From contig OZ220685.1 in the NCBI GenBank assembly GCA_965116405.1, forward strand, positions 1,875,492 through 1,939,491: DNA of 64,000 nt, in the 5' to 3' direction. The position numbers and the translations under genes were made by a program. Under the pieces are notes generated by a model that was given only the letters and a program-made list of their open reading frames with translations, had not been told where the DNA came from and searched no databases. This document shows positions 1-11,341 of this stretch, in pieces. Numbering within the stretch: the first letter of the stretch is position 1; each line of letters opens with the position of its first letter. The DNA comes from Dehalococcoidia bacterium. GTDB lineage: Bacteria; Chloroflexota; Dehalococcoidia; Lucifugimonadales; UBA1123.

Positions 1-3000
1 ACCCCTGTAGCGATCCACCAGCGATAGGAACTCCGACAGGCACCTCCCGCCAGAATCGTCCCGATTCGACCGCACGCCTCACCACACTACTTCGTACCGC
101 GACTCTCGACAGCCTGACTATGTCGTCGACCCGGCCCGGGATGCCTTCGGCATAGGCCTGTGCGCGGGCCGTATCCTCGATTCCGTCGCCCGTTGCGAGG
201 TCAATCGTCTGAAGGACCGCGTGGACAGCACGACCTATCTGAGTTCCAGCCCGCCCCCGCCTCCAGGGTTCGTCATTCTCCTGCTCGTCCTTGGTCTCTT
301 CGTTGGCGACCTCCGCCAGCCTGGTCGCTGCGACTGTGGTTGGACGCCCCTGTCGTCCGATCAGGTCGTCACGGGCCTCGATCCATCGGATTCTGGCATC
401 TCCTGAGTGATCGACAACGTCGATGTCATCTGTAGACCGATCACTGCTGCCTTGCGAGATTGCCACAGGCATTTGCTCTGCCGGGTCGGGCAGACGACGC
501 CACATGTCATCCTGCCCCTCGAAGTGGTCTGCGATGTAGGAAGCATCCGACTCGCTTCCCAACCGCCGGTACATGCTGAGAACGAGGTGGTCCATGGCGC
601 GCGTGGCCGCGACGTACAGCAGCCTGACATGCTCGTCGTCGAGCATCGACTTCTCATCCGACTCTAGCGCTTCATATCCCGATGTCTGGAACCTCTGGAC
701 GCCGCTTCCGACCTTCACCTCCACCGAGTTGCGTCCACTATGTCCGTCCTGACGATCAAACAGCACCTGACCCGTCCGGTTCGATCTCCGAGCGTTCAGG
801 CCCGTCAGTATCACAACCGGGAACTCCAAACCCTTGGAGCCGTGCACCGTCATGATGCGGACGGCGTCTTCGTCGGTCTCGGGGACTGGGGTCTCGGTCA
901 CGCGCGCTCCCTCGCTTCGCTGCCGGTCGATCCACTCGAGGAAACTTCGGAGCGAGCCGCCTCCGGCCTCTGTGAACGCTCTCGCCTGTGCCACGATGAA
1001 CCGGTACCTGCGCCACTGCTCTCGCCTGCGGGGGTGGTCGACCGCGGCGGCCATCAGCGGTCGCTCACGAATGAACCCGTCGATTAGGGCAGCAACAGAA
1101 GTCCACATCCTGCGCTCGTGGTAGTCGTTCAGCGTTTCCAGCCCTTCGGCCACTGGGCCTCCTATGGCATCAGAGCGACTTAGGTAGTCGAATCGTCCCC
1201 CTGATTCGTAGTACCTGAGTAGGTCCACGTCCGTGCAGGCGAAGGCCGGGGAGCGGAGCGCGGCTACTATCGCGACCTCGTCGCCCGGGTCGTCAATCGC
1301 GCGGAGGCAGTTGAGGAGGTCGCGCACCTCCTGAGTGTCGAAGATCAGGGAGCTGCCCTCCAGCCTGTACGGCACGTCAGCTTCGTCGAGCGCGAGCTCG
1401 AGGTCGCGCAGTCCCGTGCGCGTCGGCATCAGTATGCAGATGTCGGAGTACCTGGCTGATCTGTACTCGGGTACGCCGTCACTCTCGCCCGATCTGATCT
1501 GCCAGCCAGCACCGGCAATCTGTCCTAGGGCAGACGCAATGCCCTGGCATTCGAGTTCCCTGACTTCCCCGATCGGCGCATCGAAAGCGTCACCGAGCCG
1601 CCATACAGAATGGAGACCATCTTCGCTGGTCGAAGTCTGCCACATGTGCCGCAGGCTCACGTACTCGGCCTGTGACTCGCTGGCCTCCATCCACTGACCA
1701 AACAGGTGGTTCACCCAGTCGATGATCGGTCGGTGGGACCTGAAGTTCTGGTCGAGGTTCACAGGCGTCTGGTTCATACGGCTCTTGAGTGTGTTGAGCT
1801 GCCGTACGTCCGCGCGCCGGAAACGATAGATTGACTGCTTGGGATCACCGACGACGAACAGCCTACCGGCGGCCGGCGGCACATTTCTCCAGTCCGTCGG
1901 ACGTGACTCGGGCGGCGTGCCGTCCGGGACATCCTCGGCGATGAACATGGCGATCTGCATCTGGATCGGGTCGGTGTCCTGTGCCTCGTCGAGGAGCAGG
2001 TGTGTGTATCGCTGCCTGAAGTGGTCGCGGACGCTGATGTTGTCTCGAAGCAGGTTCCGTGCCCATACGAGCAGGTCGTGGTACCCAGCGCGACCCTCCA
2101 GCTTGCGCTCCTGTTCATACCCGATTACGAAGTCTCGCAGTGCGGCCAGGATCGGGGGCAGTGACGTGTCCCTGGCCTGGTCCAACTCCATCGCGACCTC
2201 GTCGTGAATCTCCTGCAGGTACTCCTTGAGCTGCTTGCAAGCGTTCACTCCAGATGACGGATCGGTATTCCAGTCGCCCTGCCGTCCCCGCGTCTGGCGA
2301 AGAGGCATGAGCCTAGACAGCATTCCAAGGGCAACAGGCGACCCCGCCTCCATCTCGCTAAGCCGTCGCATGGACGACATCTTGGATTGGACGTGTTGGA
2401 AGAGCTGATCGTCCTCTTGTAACTTCGAGAATCCGCACAGTCGCTCAAGCTCAGGGCCAGCCTCAACAAGCCTCTGCACGGACTGGAACCTGGCCATACC
2501 AGGTATCCCCTCACTCTCAGGGCTTACAGGGGTAGATAGGCCGACAACTCGTTCGTCCTGAGCTTGTCGAAGGACATTCCCCATCCCCTGGATTCCCGCA
2601 TTCGCGGGAATGACGGTTTGGGAATTCCTACCTCTCTCAGCCCCCTCTCCTTGGGGGTGAGGGTGAACCGCAGCATCGTCGAACTCGACACCCTCAAGAA
2701 GGTCGTAGTTGTTGTGGAACTGGAGCGCGATCTGCCGGAGGTGGGCTGGTCGCAGACCCAGCGAAAGAGCCACAGGCAAGGTCGGTACGTTGTCAGCATC
2801 ATCGAGTGTCCAGTCGAGCCACTCGTTCCACTTCTCATCGAAGTCGAGGTCGCTTGCGACCTGGTCCATAGTCTCGAACGAAGGCGGAAGCCCCGCCTCC
2901 AGGGGACGCTCGCGAAGTATCGCGCCGGCGAAGCTGTGCAGCGTCGTGAAAGTCGCGCTGTCGATGTCCTCGACCCCGGCAGCGTAGCGTTCTCTCCACA

Positions 3001-3265
3001 CCGGGTTGGCCTCGACGTCGGATGCGGCCCTCTCCAGTTCCTCCCTGATGCGCTCCTGGAGCTCGGAGGCCGCGGAGTTGGTGAAGGTGATCGCAGCGAC
3101 CTTGTCCACGGTCGTTACACCAGTCCCGATCAGGTTGACGACCCTGCTCACCATGCTGGTCGTCTTGCCGGTACCCGCTCCGGCCTCGACGAACATCGTC
3201 TCGCCGAGCGAGAGCCGGATCTTGTCGCGCGCGACCTGGTCTATTGGTGTAAACGACGTCGTCAT
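1..3265 (-). CDS. addA: UvrD/PcrA-family helicase-nuclease, AddA-like; C-terminus runs off the window (at least 1088 codons here)
   Basis: Hand translation from ATG at 3265, just downstream of the addB-like stop: MTTSFTPIDQVARDKIRLSLGETMFVEAGAGTGKT (Walker A). Later motifs are LLLDEAQDTDP (II), GDPKQSIYRFRRAD (III), TVHGSKGLEFPVV (V), LLYVAATRA (VI), and IGRAVHAVLQ near base 240 (RecB-type nuclease region). This frame has no stop down to base 1, which explains its absence from the supplied ORF track. Confidence 0.85.
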   Translation of the reverse strand, partial: MTTSFTPIDQVARDKIRLSLGETMFVEAGAGTGKTTSMVSRVVNLIGTGVTTVDKVAAITFTNSAASELQERIREELERAASDVEANPVWRERYAAGVEDIDSATFTTLHSFAGAILRERPLEAGLPPSFETMDQVASDLDFDEKWNEWLDWTLDDADNVPTLPVALSLGLRPAHLRQIALQFHNNYDLLEGVEFDDAAVHPHPQGEGAERGRNSQTVIPANAGIQGMGNVLRQAQDERVVGLSTPVSPESEGIPGMARFQSVQRLVEAGPELERLCGFSKLQEDDQLFQHVQSKMSSMRRLSEMEAGSPVALGMLSRLMPLRQTRGRQGDWNTDPSSGVNACKQLKEYLQEIHDEVAMELDQARDTSLPPILAALRDFVIGYEQERKLEGRAGYHDLLVWARNLLRDNISVRDHFRQRYTHLLLDEAQDTDPIQMQIAMFIAEDVPDGTPPESRPTDWRNVPPAAGRLFVVGDPKQSIYRFRRADVRQLNTLKSRMNQTPVNLDQNFRSHRPIIDWVNHLFGQWMEASESQAEYVSLRHMWQTSTSEDGLHSVWRLGDAFDAPIGEVRELECQGIASALGQIAGAGWQIRSGESDGVPEYRSARYSDICILMPTRTGLRDLELALDEADVPYRLEGSSLIFDTQEVRDLLNCLRAIDDPGDEVAIVAALRSPAFACTDVDLLRYYESGGRFDYLSRSDAIGGPVAEGLETLNDYHERRMWTSVAALIDGFIRERPLMAAAVDHPRRREQWRRYRFIVAQARAFTEAGGGSLRSFLEWIDRQRSEGARVTETPVPETDEDAVRIMTVHGSKGLEFPVVILTGLNARRSNRTGQVLFDRQDGHSGRNSVEVKVGSGVQRFQTSGYEALESDEKSMLDDEHVRLLYVAATRAMDHLVLSMYRRLGSESDASYIADHFEGQDDMWRRLPDPAEQMPVAISQGSSDRSTDDIDVVDHSGDARIRWIEARDDLIGRQGRPTTVAATRLAEVANEETKDEQENDEPWRRGRAGTQIGRAVHAVLQTIDLATGDGIEDTARAQAYAEGIPGRVDDIVRLSRVAVRSSVVRRAVESGRFWREVPVGVPIAGGSLQG
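2530..2672 (-). repeat. composite hairpin repeat (modules C + A + B) embedded in frame in addA
   Basis: Module B is at 2548-2575, module A at 2590-2616 (GGATTCCCGCATTCGCGGGAATGACGG) and module C at 2631-2669. It translates as HPHPQGEGAERGRNSQTVIPANAGIQGMGNVLRQAQDERVVGLSTPV. Confidence 0.8.
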
Positions 3266-3269
3266 GTAA

Positions 3270-6200
3270 CTACTCGCCAACCAGGTCGCGGTAGCCGGAC
3301 AGCATCGGATTGTCGCGCTTCTTCTCCCAAATGCCGTCCCGCCGGGAGGGGCAGAGCGAGTCGAACTCGCAGAACCCGCAGTTCTCGAACCCGAAGTAAG
3401 CGTTTCTCTCTCCGGGATTGGCGGGAAACACGCCGCTCCTGATGCCAGAGACGATGCCGGAGACCACTTCACCGAGTCTTCCACGAACCTCGTCGGAGTT
3501 CCCGTCGACAGGTTCCTTCGGAGCGAGCGCGAATGCGCCCCGCGTCGTCACAAACCAATAGGCGGAACTCACACTCTCGACGTTGTCCAGGCCACCCTGG
3601 GCCGCGAGCGCATACACGCCAAGCTGGAGCCGTCTGCCCCTGTCCGTGGGGTCGTTCTCTAATCCGTTGTACGGGCGTGGGCTGCCTGTCTTGTAGTCGA
3701 CGACGAGCGCGGCGCGGCCGTCTGAGGAGATGTCGACGCGGTCGATCACGCCCCTGAAGCGCACTTGGTCGCCGCTGTCGAGACTCCACACTGCCTCTTG
3801 CCATGGACTGCCGCGCAGCCCGAAGCCGACCTCGAACGCGCTCGGGACCACGCCGAACCTCTCCCTGTGAGCGTCGTCGCGCTCCAGGAACGTGTCCAGG
3901 TCGGCCAGGATTTGCGCTCTTTCAAGCTCCCACATCACCGGCCTGCCCGTAACGCCGTCGGACTCGGCCTTGGCGAATTGCTCGCGGGCAACACTCATGA
4001 GCACGGCCCTGTGGCTGGTACTCCACGCCTCGTCCGGCTGGGGCATCGTTCCAGACCCGGCCACACGCCTCATGAACTCATCGAGGATGTTGTGGATCAG
4101 ACTGCCGCGTTCGAGGGCCGATATCGAGAACACGTCCTCTGGCGTCTCAACTGAGCCGATCCTCAGCACGTTGCCCAGGAAGTAGCTGAACGGGCACGCG
4201 GCCCAGCGTTCGAGCCGCGTCGGAGACAGCGCCCTGTTCAGGGTGTAGCTGGTATACCCGGCCTCTCTAGCGACGGACGAACCGTTGCCATCCCATTCAG
4301 TGAAGTTCCGGCTGTTGCGGGCTCGTCCCAGGTCGAGCGCCCTGCCCAGGGTCGCGCCCGTGGCGAACGGGTGTCGCGATACGTACTGGCCGGCACTCTT
4401 CCAGCGCACGAGGTGGCGCAGGTCATAGTCGAGAACGTCAGCGGCGTTTTTAGCTTCTCCGTCGAGGAGCGCGGACTCCGCCGAGGGAACGACGGTCAGC
4501 CAGTCCCTGCCTCCCATGCGCTGGAGCTCCGAGGCCGTCACCCGCGTGCCGTTCAACTCCGCCGCCTGTTCGAGCAGCCATCTTGACGCGTGCTGCTCTC
4601 GTCCGGCGGACGGGTCGGCCAGCGACACCGACAGGGTCCTGTCAGGCGCGCTGTCGAGCGCGTACAGGTATTCGAGCCGCTCCCTCGCCCTGGCGTCCTG
4701 CTGCATCTCGAATCCCGCTGCGGAGCCCCCTGCGCGGAGCCTCGCCGACTCTGGCACCAGCGGGTCGTCTGCCTGTGCGGGCGGCACCGCCCCCTCGATC
4801 ATCCCGACGAGGTACACGGCGTCGAACTGCATTCCTGCCGCATCCCGGAACCGGGCGACAAACACGCCACGGCCCGTCTCGCCCAATCGCCCGGCCGTAG
4901 CCTGTAATGCCTCGTACAGGTCCTCGCGGAATACCGGGAACGTCGGCTCCGGCGCGACCGCTCCCGCAGCGGTGAGCTCCGACAGGATGTCTTGTATCCT
5001 CTCCAGCGTATCCAACTCGTGCTCTGGAGTGCCCGCTCCCCTGGACACGTAGTCGTCAACGAGCTTTCGAGCCCACTCGGAAAAATCGGTCCATGAAGAT
5101 CCTTCGCCCGGCGGCTGAATGTCGTCGTGCAGGCGCTCGATGAAAGCGAGCAGCCCCCGCGCAGACTCAGCCTGTCCACGGATTCCTCTTAGCCTGCCCT
5201 CAGACATCTCCTCGGCCACTGCAGGATCGGAGATCGACTCCTCCAACCTCGCGGCGTACTTCTGCAGCCTGTCTCGCCACTGTCCGATACCCCGTACGAT
5301 CCCCGACTCCTTCGACAGCCTGTCCCACCTGCTCGGATTCAGACGTATCTCCCTGGAAGGCGACCTGACCGGGCATCCGGTCAGCCAAGACGTGACGAGG
5401 CCACGCTGGAGGTCGCTGTCGGCCAGTCCCATGAGACCTGTCAACGTCCTGCCCACTGCGGTCTCCGCCAACGTGGTGCGGTCTGGACCGGCGATGGGTA
5501 TGCCCGCCAGTTCCATCTCCTCGGCGATGAGCTTGCCGTAGTCTGGCTTCCGGTACAGCACCGCGATCCTGTTGAAAGGCGTCCCTTCCCGCGCCCTATT
5601 GGCGATCTGCCGGATCACCCACCTGATCTCCTGGTGTGGGTCGGACGCGATCAGCAGATGGGTATCGGCTTCTTCCGACGTCTGAGGGATGGTCTGAGGC
5701 TCGCCAAGAACTGGCGACAGTCTGTTCGCCAGCGTCTGCGTGGGACCGTCGGTAACTGAGTCGCCCGTAAGCCCCATCATCACGACGCAGCGGTCGCGCC
5801 TTCCCAACGCTTCTATGAGCGCACGCTGGGCGGGTGTGATGTCGCTCGGCATGTAGAACACGATTGCACCGAGGTCTCCAAATCCGGCGGTGGGCTGCTC
5901 GTCGACCGACTCGGCAGCGGCCTTCGCCAGGTCCTCATCGTCGTAGAAGTCTGCGACGTCACGCCTGAACTGCCGGTACAGTCTCACAGTCTCGGCCTGC
6001 AGCTCGCTGGTGGAGGCAAGAGCGTCGAGCGCGGCGACGGATACGCTTCTCAGTTCGCGAAACGACTGCTTGAGGCTACGAAGCGTTGACGAGTGTTCGC
6101 GCAGGTCGCCAAGCGGCCCAACCGCACCGCTGGCCACAGACCTGACTGCGGCGTTTTCGATCACGCGAGTAAGCGGAGCCCGGCCCTCGCTCGCCATACG

Positions 6201-6419
6201 CGGCGCGCCAAGGAACTCGGCGAGCCGCGAAAACACCATGAACCTGACGTTCACAAACCCGACGCGAGCGAAGTCGTGCCTCAGCGATAGGTTGGCGTAG
6301 TTGGACGGCCCCACGACCGTTACCGGCGCCAGCGGATCGTCGAGCTTCAGGCCGTTGACCACATCGTGCAGTGATTTAGCCGAGAGTTTGCCAGCGATGA
6401 GCGATCGGGAAAGTTGCAT
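3270..6419 (-). CDS. addB: AddB-like PD-(D/E)XK nuclease subunit of a helicase-nuclease complex
   Basis: 1049-aa ORF immediately upstream of the helicase gene. The C-terminal nuclease-like region has the Cys pattern ACPFSYF ... FENCGFCEFDSLCP, typical of the AddB Fe-S domain. The N-terminal P-loop is degenerate (VTVVGPSNYAN). Confidence 0.8.
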   Translation of the reverse strand: MQLSRSLIAGKLSAKSLHDVVNGLKLDDPLAPVTVVGPSNYANLSLRHDFARVGFVNVRFMVFSRLAEFLGAPRMASEGRAPLTRVIENAAVRSVASGAVGPLGDLREHSSTLRSLKQSFRELRSVSVAALDALASTSELQAETVRLYRQFRRDVADFYDDEDLAKAAAESVDEQPTAGFGDLGAIVFYMPSDITPAQRALIEALGRRDRCVVMMGLTGDSVTDGPTQTLANRLSPVLGEPQTIPQTSEEADTHLLIASDPHQEIRWVIRQIANRAREGTPFNRIAVLYRKPDYGKLIAEEMELAGIPIAGPDRTTLAETAVGRTLTGLMGLADSDLQRGLVTSWLTGCPVRSPSREIRLNPSRWDRLSKESGIVRGIGQWRDRLQKYAARLEESISDPAVAEEMSEGRLRGIRGQAESARGLLAFIERLHDDIQPPGEGSSWTDFSEWARKLVDDYVSRGAGTPEHELDTLERIQDILSELTAAGAVAPEPTFPVFREDLYEALQATAGRLGETGRGVFVARFRDAAGMQFDAVYLVGMIEGAVPPAQADDPLVPESARLRAGGSAAGFEMQQDARARERLEYLYALDSAPDRTLSVSLADPSAGREQHASRWLLEQAAELNGTRVTASELQRMGGRDWLTVVPSAESALLDGEAKNAADVLDYDLRHLVRWKSAGQYVSRHPFATGATLGRALDLGRARNSRNFTEWDGNGSSVAREAGYTSYTLNRALSPTRLERWAACPFSYFLGNVLRIGSVETPEDVFSISALERGSLIHNILDEFMRRVAGSGTMPQPDEAWSTSHRAVLMSVAREQFAKAESDGVTGRPVMWELERAQILADLDTFLERDDAHRERFGVVPSAFEVGFGLRGSPWQEAVWSLDSGDQVRFRGVIDRVDISSDGRAALVVDYKTGSPRPYNGLENDPTDRGRRLQLGVYALAAQGGLDNVESVSSAYWFVTTRGAFALAPKEPVDGNSDEVRGRLGEVVSGIVSGIRSGVFPANPGERNAYFGFENCGFCEFDSLCPSRRDGIWEKKRDNPMLSGYRDLVGE

Positions 6420-6440
6420 CAGTCGGTAGGATGCGAGGGT

Positions 6441-6471
6441 CTCACTCCTCGCTCCTCTCCACTCACTCCTC
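6441..6471 (-). repeat. purine-rich GAGTGAG-type intergenic repeat
   Basis: The reverse complement GAGGAGTGAGTGGAGAGGAGCGAGGAGTGAG shares the 16-mer AGTGAGTGGAGAGGAG with 53220-53235. Confidence 0.7.
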
Positions 6472-6486
6472 GGCGCAAAGCGCCCC

Positions 6487-7542
6487 TCACACCGCCCTCG
6501 TGACGGCCATGGACGCCACCTTGGGCAGCTCGCTCAGAATCACCGAACAGCGGTAACCCGTCGCCTCGGGAGAGCCGGCCCTCACCACCAGGATGTCGTC
6601 AGGCTCGGGAACGAAGTTGGCGAATACCTGGTAGTCCTGGGGGCCAACGTCGCCCTCCAGCACACGGACGATCTTCAGGTCGGCAATCGACCGGCCAATT
6701 CTCGGGTGAAGGTAATCGCGGACGTCTTGCTTCGTCCATGTCCCCCAGAAGTCGGCGGCTCCACCAATCGTCACCACGAGCTCGCCCTGCCTTACGGGCG
6801 TTGACTCGTCTCCGACCGAGTCCGACGACGCCAGCGACGATCCAAGCACCGAGGCAACGTCCGCGACCGTGTCCAGCACCACCTCCTGCGAGTATGCTGC
6901 CGAGCGTACCTGTCTCGGCTCCCACGACGCGAACACCGTGACCGCGCTCTGGTCAGGGCTGAACCCGCGCTCCACGTGCAGAGGCAGCCAGTCGGAGTCT
7001 GACTCGTTCTCGGCGATGCAGTACGTGTACTTGCCAGGGTGTCCGATTACCGTGCGGTCGAACAGGCCGGGTATGGACGCGCAGGCGTTCATCAGGATGA
7101 GGCGAATCGCGCGCCCAATCGTCGCGTTGGCGCGGTTGCCCGGCCCGAACAGGTTTGCGCCGGAGTTCATGCCAAGCTCATCCACGACGGGCCCATTGAC
7201 GATCACCAGCACTGCCGCGCCGCCCTGGCTGGATGAGGGTGCGATGAGGTTGAACTCAGGGTCCAGCATCGCCTCAGTGGCGGCGAGCACGACGGGGAAG
7301 TACTCAGGCAGGCAACCGGCCATGACCGCGTTCGCGGCTGTCTTGGCCACGGTGACCTCGCGCCTGCGCTCCGGTATCGAGCCCAGGACTTCGTCCGCGG
7401 GACGCCCTGCGACGTCCATGAACTCCTCCACCCGCTGGAGCGTCGGAGGCACGACGGGCAGTCCGTCAGTCCAACCCATCTCGTAGCAGCGCTCGATGGC
7501 CTCGATCGCATCGTTCCACTCGGCCGTTACCAGGTCCTGCAT
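6487..7542 (-). CDS. conserved hypothetical protein
   Basis: 351-aa ORF with no competing frame. The N-terminus reads ...CYEMGWTDGLPVVPPTLQRVEEF... I recognise it only as an uncharacterised conserved family. Confidence 0.65.
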   Translation of the reverse strand: MQDLVTAEWNDAIEAIERCYEMGWTDGLPVVPPTLQRVEEFMDVAGRPADEVLGSIPERRREVTVAKTAANAVMAGCLPEYFPVVLAATEAMLDPEFNLIAPSSSQGGAAVLVIVNGPVVDELGMNSGANLFGPGNRANATIGRAIRLILMNACASIPGLFDRTVIGHPGKYTYCIAENESDSDWLPLHVERGFSPDQSAVTVFASWEPRQVRSAAYSQEVVLDTVADVASVLGSSLASSDSVGDESTPVRQGELVVTIGGAADFWGTWTKQDVRDYLHPRIGRSIADLKIVRVLEGDVGPQDYQVFANFVPEPDDILVVRAGSPEATGYRCSVILSELPKVASMAVTRAV

Positions 7543-7589
7543 GTGTTTCCCCTCTTGGTGACAGTGGGTTTCTCGCCACCCACATCCTA

Positions 7590-7730
7590 CCCTTTCCCCA
7601 TTGAGGGGCGCGAGGGGCAGGCAGATCGGCGAGCCTGTCCCGGATAAGCAGGGACCTGCATTTGGAGCGCGGGCATCTTGCCCGCATCCGTTCGTCCTTC
7701 GACAAGATCAGGGCGAACGAAGCTTTCGGG
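7590..7730. repeat. composite hairpin repeat cluster (C-like, GTCCC/GGGAC, GCGGGCA/TGCCCGC, module B variant)
   Basis: Intergenic between the 6487..7542 gene and the antiporter gene. It includes TTCGTCCTTCGACAAGATCAGGGCGAACGAA at 7691-7722. Confidence 0.7.
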
Positions 7731-7737
7731 CTACTTA

Positions 7738-9384
7738 CTATATATCCCGACCACCAGCCGTCAGGAGAATCATCTCCAGTATCTCGTAGCTGGTAATAGA
7801 CCCCTGGAATTCTCCGGTTTCGGGATCGACCACAGGGAACACTGAAACGGAGCTCTCCTGCATGCGCTGCAGCGTGTCCTCCACAAGCTCGTCCGGGTCC
7901 GCCGTCGGCGTGCCTTGCCGCATGAATTCCACCAGCGAGGTGCTGGTCCACTGGCTTCTGGGGAGGTATCTCAGGAAGTTCAGGGAGACTATGCCGGCCA
8001 GGTTGGAACCATCCACTACAACATAGTCATGCTGTTCAGAAGTGGTCCAGTTGTCCACAAAGGTCCGCACGCTTATGGACTGGTCCGGGTAGATTCGAGT
8101 GTCATCTATCACGTCCTTCACGTGGATTCCGTCGAGGACGAAGCGGTCCATCATGTGTGGGATGTCGCTCTCTTCGGCAACGTCATCCGGGTGCCTGACC
8201 CGTCGTACTGCGTAAGCGATCCCCATTGGCGTTAGCAGAATGTATCCAAACATGATCACTACAAGCAGCGAGAAGAGCGATTCGTCGATGATATGCGCGT
8301 GCAGCATGACCAGGAGAAGGGCGATCTCCGCGACGCCCTTGGCCATCAGTCCGCTGGCCACGGCAAAGGGAGCTTCCAGGCGGACGACGTAGGCGCTGAT
8401 GAACGCGCCGGCGAACTTGGCGGCCAGCGGCACAAAGATCAGCGCCGCTATGAATCCGGGACTCAACGCCAGAAAGTCCAGGCTCAGGTTCAGCCCCGCC
8501 GAGGCAAAGAAGAGGGGAACGAACAGGCCCTCTGCCGTGCTCCTCATCCCCGGCATGGAGTCGTGCCTCAGCTGGTAAGGCAGAGGCGAAAGGGCCGCGC
8601 CAAACAGCAGTGCGCCTATCGAGCCGTGGAGCCCGACCTCTTCGGCCAGCACGATGACCAGGAACAGTCCGCCCAGCAGCAGCCCGTACGAAAGCTGCGG
8701 CACCTGCAATACCCGGTGCAGCAGCACCAGTACACGGGGGACGACCTTGTTGCAGACCAGCCACATGACAATGGTGAAAGCGGCCAGTTCACCTACCAGG
8801 AGAAGGACGCTGGTAACCACACTCAACTGTCCTTCGGCATCAAGGAAGGCGTGCTCGCTGATGGCGAATCCGACTATGAACAGCACCAGCAGCTCTGCGA
8901 TTACCACGCCAGTGAAGATCTGTATCCCCACCGGGTCCTTTAGGCGCTCTTCGTCCATTAGCACCTTCGCCACTATGCCCAGGCTGGAGAGCGACAGCAC
9001 GCCGGCCACGGCCATGGCGTCGGTAAATGCGAGGTCCAAACCCACGTCGAACAGGGCGTCGGTGGTCACCAGCATGGAGCCAACCATGGATATGACAACC
9101 GATAGGACTGCCGCTACGAAGAGCCGTCCCCGTATAGCGCCCAGGAAGCCGGAGATGTCCAACTCGTCCAGACCCACAAGGAAGAAGAAGACGAAGATGC
9201 CGATGTTCAGCAGGAGTTGAATGTCCCTGTTGGGTTCCACCAGGCCTGTTACAGGTCCCAGAAGCACTCCGGCGATTGCATAGGCGAAAATCGCACTGAT
9301 GCCTATCCGCTTGAACAGCCCCTCCAGGAGCTTGGCCACCACGAGGAGCAGACCTACGGCGAGCAGGGCGTCAAAAACTTCCAT
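7738..9384 (-). CDS. cation:proton antiporter (Na+/H+ exchanger family) with C-terminal CBS-domain pair
   Basis: 548 aa. The N-terminal ~400 aa is a run of hydrophobic helices typical of CPA-type exchangers. The C-terminal ~140 aa has CBS-like segments (HDYVVVDGSNLAGIVS, VFPVVDPETGEFQGSITSYEILE). Confidence 0.8.
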   Translation of the reverse strand: MEVFDALLAVGLLLVVAKLLEGLFKRIGISAIFAYAIAGVLLGPVTGLVEPNRDIQLLLNIGIFVFFFLVGLDELDISGFLGAIRGRLFVAAVLSVVISMVGSMLVTTDALFDVGLDLAFTDAMAVAGVLSLSSLGIVAKVLMDEERLKDPVGIQIFTGVVIAELLVLFIVGFAISEHAFLDAEGQLSVVTSVLLLVGELAAFTIVMWLVCNKVVPRVLVLLHRVLQVPQLSYGLLLGGLFLVIVLAEEVGLHGSIGALLFGAALSPLPYQLRHDSMPGMRSTAEGLFVPLFFASAGLNLSLDFLALSPGFIAALIFVPLAAKFAGAFISAYVVRLEAPFAVASGLMAKGVAEIALLLVMLHAHIIDESLFSLLVVIMFGYILLTPMGIAYAVRRVRHPDDVAEESDIPHMMDRFVLDGIHVKDVIDDTRIYPDQSISVRTFVDNWTTSEQHDYVVVDGSNLAGIVSLNFLRYLPRSQWTSTSLVEFMRQGTPTADPDELVEDTLQRMQESSVSVFPVVDPETGEFQGSITSYEILEMILLTAGGRDI

Positions 9385-9620
9385 GCACGAATCCTTTCGG
9401 GTAATTACCGTGAGGTTTAGTCATATAGTGGGTAAATGAAACACATGTGAGAAGTATATGGAGTGATGATAGGTATGTCATCAGCGGGTGACGAATCGCT
9501 GTCCTTGAGACGCCAACTACCACTGAATCATCGTCCACTGCCAGGGGAATGCCATTGCGTGCTAGCATTAGTGACTTCACAGGCAACGCCTATGGGCCCA
9601 GTTGCAACCACTGATCGGAA

Positions 9621-11305
<1,685 letters not shown>

Positions 11306-11309
<4 letters not shown>

Positions 11310-11334
11310 CATCGCACATATGGTCTGATACTCT
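11306..11334 (+). promoter_or_regulatory. sigma70-like promoter of lexA (TTGACA-17 nt-TACTCT)
   Basis: TTGACA at 11306-11311 and TACTCT at 11329-11334, about 35 nt upstream of the lexA start. Confidence 0.5.
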
Positions 11335-11341
11335 AGTCGTC

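Noticed and set aside
2564-3442. 292-aa plus-strand ORF spanning the addB/addA junction
   Set aside because: It is antisense to two genes with clear helicase and nuclease motifs, and it has low-complexity Arg-rich composition.
9385-9620. Leader-peptide attenuation upstream of the ABC-F gene (a ~55-codon ORF overlapping its start)
   Set aside because: I could identify no Shine-Dalgarno, no conserved stalling motif and no alternative terminator/antiterminator. It is probably just an AT-rich divergent promoter region.
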